A stretch of DNA of 64,000 nucleotides from Octopus vulgaris (taxonomy: Eukaryota): the NCBI GenBank assembly GCA_951406725.2, contig OX597814.1:83948001-84012000 (forward strand), read 5' to 3'. A program made the translations under genes and the position numbers. Every line of letters starts with the position of its first letter. Position 1 is the stretch's first letter. Positions 54,770 to 64,000 of this stretch are shown piece by piece. The notes beneath the pieces are model-generated. The model had not been told where the DNA came from. It did not search any database and saw nothing but the letters and a program-made list of their open reading frames with translations.

Positions 54770-56805
54770 AGTGCGGAAGAACCTACGGGATGAATGCATG
54801 ATGGAAAATTTAGGGAGCCTTTAATTTTACAGAATCATTGGTATGCACACAATTACAGCAAACAGTATTAAAATGCTATCATGCATTAACTAGATATTTA
54901 TTATGCTTCTGATACCGATTCACCAAGACACTAGTGAGTATAATGTTTCAAATTTAATTAAACTTCTTACACTGCATCTTAATGCATTGGAAAGCATGTT
55001 ACATGGGGCTGATAATATAGCACTTCTTAGTTTGCAAGATTATTTTCCGTAATACAAGTCGTCCTTGGATAAATTTAAAGTTAAGAAAGTCTATTTATAT
55101 ATGTAGTAGCAAACGTCTTGCTATTTTCAATACGTGATTCTTCAAAGGTGTATATTTTTCACTAATTGCATAGGATTGATTTTTCAAGTTCCAACATAAA
55201 TGGCATTACATTTTGTTATCGAAATATCTGACTGCAAGTGAATTAACTCAAATTACAATGGGTCACGATCTTACGTACGACAACATTATACATAAAAACA
55301 TTTGAAGTGAAATACATTAGGGAACAATAAGATTCGTAATACTGTACTACACTATGTAGGTACAACAAAAGATGTTGATCACTGCCTGAGTCGTGACAAT
55401 GACATGAGGAACACTTGGAGGATGAGGAACACTTTCTTATATTGTATTGTTCATTATCAACATTGACTTGGGAGGTAAAAAACTTATCCAAAATTGTTTG
55501 ATATTAAAGCACACCATCTCTTTGTACAACTCTGAGCAGGAGCTGAGCTCAGTGTAAATTTCTCCTGTAATTTTTTAAGTTACGTTCACGATAAGAGTTA
55601 TTAGCAAAAGAAACTTACAGATCTTTCTCTATAAGTACCAATTCTTTATCAATATTCTTTGCAGTCAGTTTAAGTGGGGCTGGTGGAATTTCCGTATTCT
55701 CATCTGTATTCTCGGCTTGCTTTTGTTTTAGCTCTTCGTTAGATAAACCTTCTCTATGAGACACAAGCTACTTAAACGCACCACCCTCTATTATTTCTCC
55801 AAACTCTGCATCATTTGCAAGTGTTACAGAATCTTTTTGAATTTGTTGTAAATTTTCAGTTTGTGGAAGACTTGTAAAGCTACTAGTACAGTCTGACCCC
55901 TATATATTTTCTAAGCATCATTCAAAGTTGAGGATTTCACTTTGTTCTATGACGCAGCTACGTTATCCACAGCATGCATTATGTTGAATTTCTTCAAGTG
56001 TCTAACTGTAGGTTTATCCTCCATATCAATAGCTTTTATAAGACGATGTCTCCTGGGGCTAAATTACAGTAACATTCGATCTAAACCAAGACTGCCATGT
56101 TATGTTGGCAAATAATCTTTACTCCAAAATACTGTTTCTGAATATCTCTCGTTGTGAGATTAACAAATAGTAATTTTCTAGCTTTTATAAGTTGTTTGAA
56201 AGTTCTCAGATAAACTACCTTAAAGTTAGCTAACATCCCTTGATCCGTTGACTTGAGCAAAGAAGTTGTATCCTTGGAGAGATATTCCACTCCCACACTA
56301 TCAAAAAGTTTATTTAAGTTCATTGAGTGGCTTGGGGCATTGTCTAAAATGAGTAATGTTTTTCGGAAATATTACGTCTGGCATTGAACCTTTCTATAAT
56401 AGGACAAAAAATGCTTGTAAACCACTCTTCAAAAAGGATCTTAGTCGTCCATACCTTCTTATTGAAACACCAAATCAGAAACAAATTAAACTTTGCGTAA
56501 CCTTGTATCATTTGGATTTTCGGAGTGATAAACGAGTAGCAGCTTCAATTTCATATCACCAGAAGCATTTCGTCCCAGGAGAAGCGTCAGATTTTCTGAA
56601 ACTCTAAAATCCTTGTGTTGATTTTTCTTCTCTAGAAATAAACAATTCTAGGAAGCATGAGCTTCCGAAAAGTGCAGTTTCATCAACATTGTATAATTGC
56701 TCTGGTGTGTAACGCCCTCCAGCAATACTTTTCCCCCCAGCTGCCCGGGATAATCAGTAGTAGCTTTGTATCAGCACTGACAGCTTCACCTGTCAGAATA
56801 ATCGA
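54770..56805 (-). mobile_element. Tigger/pogo-family DNA transposon relic
   Basis: Minus-strand GEAVSAD, YTPEQLYNVDETALF, LLILDNAPSH and TTSLLKSTDQGMLANFKVVYLR (pogo DDE_1 motifs NxDETGL, LDNAPxH, TTSLIQPxDQG). Confidence 0.9.
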
Positions 56806-57011
56806 GTAAAGCCACCCGTCCCCACAAAAAAACCCCCAAAAAAACGCTGGTCTTGTGCCAAAATTTGAAAGTATTAAACTTAATTTGTGTAGTGAAAAGA
56901 AATCAGCAGATATCGAGGCTGCTCAAAATACAATTATAAATTTGATGACATTTTACGTATACATCGTCGTAGCATTGCAGCAAATGTTTTTTTACACTAT
57001 TTGTATATAGC

Positions 57012-57142
57012 CATAGACTGGCGATTCAGCTCACCTCCGATTCGGTTCAGGTACATGATGTTGATAAGTCACAAAACTGGCAAAACAGCGATGTCCGTCG
57101 TTCCTGGACGGTATCTGAGGTGAGTTGCCTTGCCTCTCTATG
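57012..57142 (+). ncRNA. Type I hammerhead-like motif closing a long rod-like stem (retrozyme-like)
   Basis: Core TTGATAA at 57061-67, stem II gtca/tggc, (A)AAA, stem III aca[gcga]tgt, GUC site at 57093-95, and a ~49-bp stem I. Confidence 0.65.
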
Positions 57143-57294
57143 ACTTTCAGGTGTTTTAACACTCGGCGCTTTGAGAGAGTTATCCTCACCGCGCTAAACC
57201 GCAACCTACCGTATGTATGTAAGTATGAACAAGCAAAGCGCATTCATTGAGTATGTGTGTTCGATAACGTTTGCAATACTAGCGCTGCTTTTAA

Positions 57295-57382
57295 TACATA
57301 CATACATACATACATACATACATACATACATACATACATACATACATACCTACATTCATACATACATACATACATACATACA

Positions 57383-57416
<34 letters not shown>

Positions 57417-57438
57417 CATACATACACACATACATACA
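57295..57438. repeat. (CATA)n microsatellite
   Basis: Directly visible. Confidence 0.97.
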
Positions 57439-57907
57439 TCAGTGTGGAACATTACGCCCTGCTTGTCGATTTTGATTTTGATTTTGATTATATATTCCTT
57501 CTCATTTGTCGTGTTTGACTAAGTTGTACGAAAACCGATGCTTGCCAGACAACCATTCCGACATTCTACTAGCTAAAACCATCTTTGCTCTACCTTCGCC
57601 GCTACATCCACCTTACTAGCTATTTATATGAAATATCTGATGTATCATGTGAAGCATGTAAATCAGCAATTATTTTCAGCGTTATTCTTTCACCTTTAAC
57701 ACTGTTTTCCTAGAAATCCAATATTAGCAGCAACAGTTAATGGTGGGGGAATTTTATCGGAACATTTATCACTGTCTACGATTAATTAAGTTAAATACGT
57801 ATATACAGATTACATAGTTATCACTCAACCTCAGGACCGTAGTCGTATCACTTTTGAACAAATATGGCGCATTCGTACATGCGCGTGCACATGAGTCTTC
57901 TATATAT

Positions 57908-58395
57908 GGATGCAGGCATGGTCGAGTAGTTAACAAATTCGCTTCCCAGCCATAAAGTCCCGAGTTGGTTCCCACTGTGTGACATCTTAGGTGAGTTTCT
58001 TGAGTTTGTTTTTTTTTTTACCATAGTTTCTGATCAATCCAAGCTTTGCGAAGAAAATTTGGTTGATGAAAACTGTTAAGAATCCCATCGGATGAATTGT
58101 AGTTGTATGTTAAAGGACCGACCTTGTCACACAATATCTCATGCTGACTGCGCTCAATGATTGACTTAAAGGTGCAAACATCTTTTATCTTTTACTTGTT
58201 TCAGTCATTAGACTGCGGCTATACTGGGGGCATCACTTAGAAGGGTTTATGGTCGAATTAATCGACCCCAGTACTTTCTTTTCAAGCCTGGTACATAGCC
58301 TATTGGTTCTCTTTTGCCGAACCTCTAAGTTACGGGGACGTAAACACAATACCGGTTAAAAAGCAGTGTTGATGGGGACAAATATAGAAATAAAG
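57908..58395. mobile_element. CORE-like SINE pieces: 5' part on + (57908-58090), 3' part on - (58185-58395)
   Basis: Matches to the 34641 family. Confidence 0.8.
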
Positions 58396-58461
58396 ACACA
58401 CACATACACACACACATACACCCCCCACCCCCACCCCCACACACATGTATATATATGAATA

Positions 58462-59012
58462 TACTAGCTGAATAGCCCGTTGTTGCTGGGCAATTTTTAC
58501 AATAGAATGTCATCTAAATTTTTGTTTATTCCATGTCAGACCATACCTTCCCCAACAGATAAGCCTCTTAACCAGGACAGATTTGTGCAATTTTCCGCAA
58601 AAAAGCTTCGCTGAGGATTTTTTTCCGTCTTAAATTATTACATGTCTGTTCGACTATTTCACAAGACTTTATTCATTAAAACTTATTAAAACTTCAGAAG
58701 TTCTTACAACTTTGGTCGTCGTAATTCTTTGCTTTGGATTGTTTAATAAAAATTCATCCTCGTAAAACTTTTGCTTTCATTTTATGATAGCTATCATGCA
58801 GAAAATGCCAGCTTCCAAATCCTGTTCTCTGATTAGGTAAAATTGATTAATCTCAGTAATATTTTTCTGCAATTTTTCTGGAACAAATATATAACAAAAT
58901 TGGATTTAACGCGGAAAATTATTTTGACGTAATTTTAAAAATGACGTCACACACACACATATTTACAAACGTACACACAGGTAATCAGGAGTTTCAAATT
59001 ATGTATAGTAGA
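58462..59012 (+). mobile_element. Non-autonomous HINE/Helitron-like element
   Basis: Starts tactagc...gccc-gttgttgct-gggc (subterminal hairpin) and ends with a CA-rich tract plus ttatgtatagtaga, the terminal layout of DINE-1/HINE-type elements. Confidence 0.55.
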
Positions 59013-59105
59013 CATATGTAGCCAAATTAATGATAGCTGAATGGACTGAGAAGAACTTAGCCCGATTCATACTTTCCTATTAGCGACATAAGAATTAACT
59101 CCCAG

Positions 59106-59340
59106 AAGGCGGCGAGCTGGCAGAAACGTTAGCACGCCGGGCGAAATGCTTAGCAGTATTTCGTCTGCCGTTACGTTCCGAGTTCAAATTCCGCCGAGGT
59201 CGACTTTGCCTTTTATCCTTTCGGGGTCGATAAATTAAGTATCAGTTACGTACTGGGATCGATGTAATGGACTTAATCCCTTTGTCTGTCCTTATTTGTC
59301 CCCTCTATGTTTAGTCCCTTGTGGGTAATAAAAAAAATAA
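59106..59340 (+). mobile_element. Young long-tailed Deu/Nin SINE with target-site duplication
   Basis: Consensus match; ataagaattaactc(c/t)cagaa is repeated at 59088 and 59337. Confidence 0.92.
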
Positions 59341-59659
59341 GAATTAACTCTCAGAAATAATTAGAAATATGGAGTAAACATTTGCAAGATTGCATAGTAA
59401 ACGAGTGAAAGAGAGTTACACGAAACATCCTATGTAAAAGCTCACAGATGATTGTAGCCCATAAAAATAATTTATTGCAAAGTTCTCATTGCCATTCTGA
59501 CTGCTTTCCTAAGGTTCGAGTTTCCAATAAATTCGGCGATAAAAAAAAACAAAAAACAAAAAAAGATATATTGGTGGTTAGTTGGAAACATGACAAACAC
59601 TAAAAATGTTGTGTGAAGGGATAGTGTATAACTGTCTTGATCACTTTTGAAATATTGTG

Positions 59660-60700
59660 ATTACAGATATATGCTGGCTGAGTTAGAGATACTTTTTGAA
59701 ACGGGATACTTTACTTTGCTGGTTTGGAAAAATCGATAGCAGCAGTGTGTCACAGTAGTGAAACAGAGTCGAGGTGGAGAATTTAGGAGAGACGTTTGTT
59801 GTGTTCTTGCAGTATAGAGTCGGAGGTAAGGAATAGACAACAAATGGGGTTGTCTTATCTGTAGAAAAGCTACATAGAAAGTCACCTTGAATAAGAAGTC
59901 ATTTTTAAAGAAAAGATTCAGAAAAATAAACAGAGTTCTTCCTTGCAAGATAGAATGAATCTCAGCTGCAAGGTGGATTGCAAGTGAACTTACAGACCAT
60001 CTGATACATCCTTTGCTTTATTTGATAGTTGCCTTGCTACCGTTACGATGACAGATAACTGGCTCTTTATTGATGAAGAAGAGTAATTTTCTTCATGTCT
60101 TGTAGGCAGTATTTTTGTGTTGCTCGCCTGTACAACTGCAGCTCACTAATAAGAGAATAAATAACTGGAGTTTTTGATGCCGTGGACTATGGCTCTGTTC
60201 GGGATATAGAAGACCTCACTGAAGAGGATACAATAGGCCATCTAATTATCTGTCTTGAAGGATTCAAAAGTGAAACACGTTTGGTTCCTATGTTAGTGTA
60301 AAATTGATGTAGCTCCAACGGGTTTTCTTTCCATTTTAAAGACTGAGGATTGTGATTTTTGGAAGATTTGACTGGATTTCATTTTTCTAGCTGAATAATG
60401 AACAGCTATTTCTTAGGTTAAATAACAATACCGTTTAAGAGTCATTGCCTCTTGGTCGTAATCTTATTATAACTCAGGATCATTCTTCATCAAGAATACT
60501 CATATAGTAAGACAGCCTTGATGATACCGTCTTAAGTTTGTTTTATTGCATCTTGGGCCGCATAATCCTAAATGTCCTTCCATTTTTAAGGCAGTAGCTT
60601 TGTGATTTGAGATAGATTTGACTGTTGTCCCTAGCAAATCAATTGATAGGCAGAATTCCTCTATTGAATCTTTATAAGTTGTATGTGAAAAGTAATGGGT
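59660..60700 (-). mobile_element. Very decayed LINE-like relic (CR1/L2/Jockey-like)
   Basis: Weak minus-strand remnants WSYIN and IPNRAIVHGI (NKAxGPDGI-like); non-microsatellite composition. Confidence 0.35.
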
Positions 60701-61479
60701 GCAAAAAAACAAAAATCTGTTAAACAGTACACACAGAGTATTCATTCACCACCAATTTGATATCTTCCCAAAGTTGCGGAATTCTCATCACATTCACACA
60801 AACACGTACTCACTCACACATACGCATATGCATGCGTATAATTACACCTATATAAGTATGCATGTGCATTATAAATATATGTATATGCATACATATTACA
60901 CACACACATAGAAACATACACACACACACACGATATAAAGGAGAGGGATAGCAATGATGAAAATGACTGACAGATAGAGAGAGGGGGGACGAGGGAGTGT
61001 GTGTGTATGTGCATGCGTGTGTGTAAATGTGTATGTGTGTGTGTATGTGTGTGTGTATGTGTGTATGTCTGTCTGTGTATGCGCGCGAAAAAAGGAAAGA
61101 AAGAGTGAAAAACGGAGATGATTGTTGGACGATACAGTTCCAATAGAACCAAATCACGAAGAACGAGAAGATCATCGGATGCAAACAGATGGCAGAGGTA
61201 ATATTTTGAAGGTGCAAGAGAAGGCTGAAGTTTTCATTTTAACCGGAAGAAGTGGTCAACCAGAACAATAATCTAGAAATATTTGAAAACCTATCAACAG
61301 CTTTCTCCCACCATATTTCTCTCTCAATCTCTCTCGCTTCTACTTCAGTAATACGTACTCATGGAAGAATTAACCTTTACCAAAACGGATACAACAACAA
61401 CAACAACATGTACATATAAATGACCATAAGTACACACAAACACAAGAACATAAATGCTAATACGTACACATACTTATCC

Positions 61480-61740
61480 TCTCCTATATATATATATATG
61501 TATATATATATCTCTGTGTGTCTGTACAAATATGTATGTATATATATGCATATATATATATATTTGTGTGTATATATATATATATATATATATACATGCG
61601 CGCGCACACACAAACACACACATATATACATACACACACACATATATATATACATCAAATACACATTTATCTGTATATGGGCACATAATGTCATAACTTG
61701 CTTTTGTGGGAAAGTGATTTGGCGATGTTTGTCTGATTTG

Positions 61741-61773
<33 letters not shown>

Positions 61774-61861
61774 TGTATGTATGTATGTATGTATGTATGT
61801 ATGTATCTATGTATGTATGTATGTATGTATGTATGTATCTATCTATCTATCTATCTATCTA

Positions 61862-61892
<31 letters not shown>

Positions 61893-61897
61893 ATCTC

Positions 61898-61960
<63 letters not shown>

Positions 61961-62360
61961 GTTTGCCAGCCCGTTTGCTTGTATGCCTGTGTGCCTGTCA
62001 GCTTGTCTATTTATCTGTCTATCTGTCTGCTATTTAGATATGTTACCCTGTCTATCTACCTATCTATATTTCCAACAACTTACCCCATCTCCCCGACAAC
62101 TTACCTACCGACCAATGTATTTATACATCTGTCTGCTCAGTTATTTATCAAAACATAACTACGCGCAAATACATATACACAGAACCACATCATTACACAA
62201 CCACACACACACACACACACACACATTACATGCCTGTAGACAGATAGATATGTAAGTACATAAATTTACACAGAGAAAGAGAAAGAACAGAGTAAGAGAA
62301 GCAGAAATATTGGCATATCACTTTCCCACCGCAACACTCTATATGACATTAATGGTATAC

Positions 62361-62403
<43 letters not shown>

Positions 62404-62576
62404 ACATACATACACATACCTACACATACATACATACATACATACATACATACATACATACATACATACATACATACATACATACATACATAAGTACGTA
62501 CATACACACACATACAGTCACACCTGAATAGATGCATTCACATTACGCACACACTTATACATGTATACACACACAC

Positions 62577-62635
<59 letters not shown>

Positions 62636-62738
62636 CACACATATATACACACATTTATATGCATACATACATTCATACATACATTTATGTATGTATGTAT
62701 GTATGTATGTATGTATGTATGTATGTATGTGTGTGTGT

Positions 62739-62825
<87 letters not shown>
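61480..62825. repeat. Dense microsatellite cluster (TA, TATG, TCTA, TCTG, CA)
   Basis: Directly visible. Confidence 0.95.
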
Positions 62826-62826
<1 letters not shown>

Positions 62827-63071
62827 ACAAAAAATGTCAGTGGAAAGGTCAGGCGCCGGTATAATAAGCGTGACCCCTAGAAGAACGATAGTTTTGCCGC
62901 CGAAATGTCATCTGCTTCCAGTGATCTTAAACTGGTGTCTTCTGTTTTGATTAACTTCCTGATATTGGCTAATAAAAGTCAGGAACGGCTAAGAGCCGAA
63001 CGCAGGAAACAGTTGAGGGAACAGAGGAAATTAGCCTCAAGTGGTACGAATATAACACATAGACGGAGAGT

Positions 63072-63106
<35 letters not shown>

Positions 63107-63510
63107 ACAAAGAAAGGGAGAGAAAGAGGGGAAGGAGGGAGGAGAGAATGATGGAAAGAGGGAAGGAAGGAATGAGTTGGAATAAATGAGTACGACAAAG
63201 TATTATCTTCGTAATAAATTTGACAATAATAAACCTTTAACTTTGATATGACAGTATTATCTCTCTATAGTTGCATCTTCGTTTATAACTGGGCTACATC
63301 CTCGGTTAGGTGGGACAGGGTATATCTGGGATAATAAATCCATGCCTTACATCTATTTATTCTGCCCATTATTTGTGTGCCATAGAGTTAACCTGAATCA
63401 GTAATTGTTGCTTACCTATATTTCTTGATACTGTTCTTAATTGTTTACATCTGACATGGTGCACACTACCGATTTACCTGGTTCATAGGGTATCTATAAC
63501 GTTTAACTTT

Positions 63511-63905
63511 AATCTATATTGTTCACCACTAACATATATTGTTAACCATTAACCTATACTTTTCACCACTAACCTATATTGTTCACTTCATCACTAATCT
63601 ATATTGTTCACCAGTGACCTGTATTTTTCACAGTCATCCTATATTGCTAACATCAACTTATATATTTCTCCATTAGCTTACATTGTTTACTACTAACCTA
63701 TATTGTTCACCTTTCAACTGTATTGTTCACCACTAACTCGTATTGTTTGCCACTAAATTATATTGTTTGTTATTGACCTATTGTTCAATATTGACTTATG
63801 TTGTTTGCCACTTATCGAAACTGTTCACGGCTGATCCATATCATTCACCATTGATTTTATAGTGTTCATCATGACCTATATTTTCCTGTACTGGCCTATG
63901 TTGGT
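63511..63905. repeat. Degenerate ~20-bp minisatellite (aacctatattgttcaccact)
   Basis: Roughly 19 progressively diverging units. Confidence 0.9.
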
Positions 63906-64000
63906 TTCTGTTTTAAGCTGAAATACTTCTTGACCCTGAAGAGGAAGGATAGTGTTTGTGATACAGTACTAGCTATGCTAAGTATGTGCTTTCAACAGGA

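Noticed and set aside
61110-61272. Short open frame LDDTVPIEPNHEERED... with a GT donor-like site
   Set aside because: No pyrimidine-rich acceptor, no recognisable homology and no supporting neighbouring exons.
63511-63905. CRISPR-like array
   Set aside because: Contiguous tandem units without unique spacers, in a eukaryotic context with no cas genes.

Overview
Repeat-saturated, AT-rich eukaryotic non-coding DNA. It is most likely octopus/coleoid cephalopod, inferred from the tRNA-derived SINE families and the extreme microsatellite load. I find no intact host gene; nearly all long ORFs are microsatellite artefacts. The window is a graveyard of SINEs (Deu/Nin-domain type, CORE-like type and others), non-LTR retrotransposon relics (Tx1/L1, HERO, R4/Dong, RTE, CR1), a Naiad-like Penelope element, mariner and Tigger/pogo relics, a HINE/Helitron-like element and several fold-back palindromes. 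The most interesting signal is RNA-structural: four loci carry five hammerhead-ribozyme-like motifs, all with non-canonical cores. Two loci show the compensatory U3-A8 variant. One of these caps a ~50-bp, G.U-rich, strand-specific rod at 57.0 kb that resembles a retrozyme/viroid-like RNA monomer. All folds and translations were done by eye, and boundaries of old repeats are approximate.
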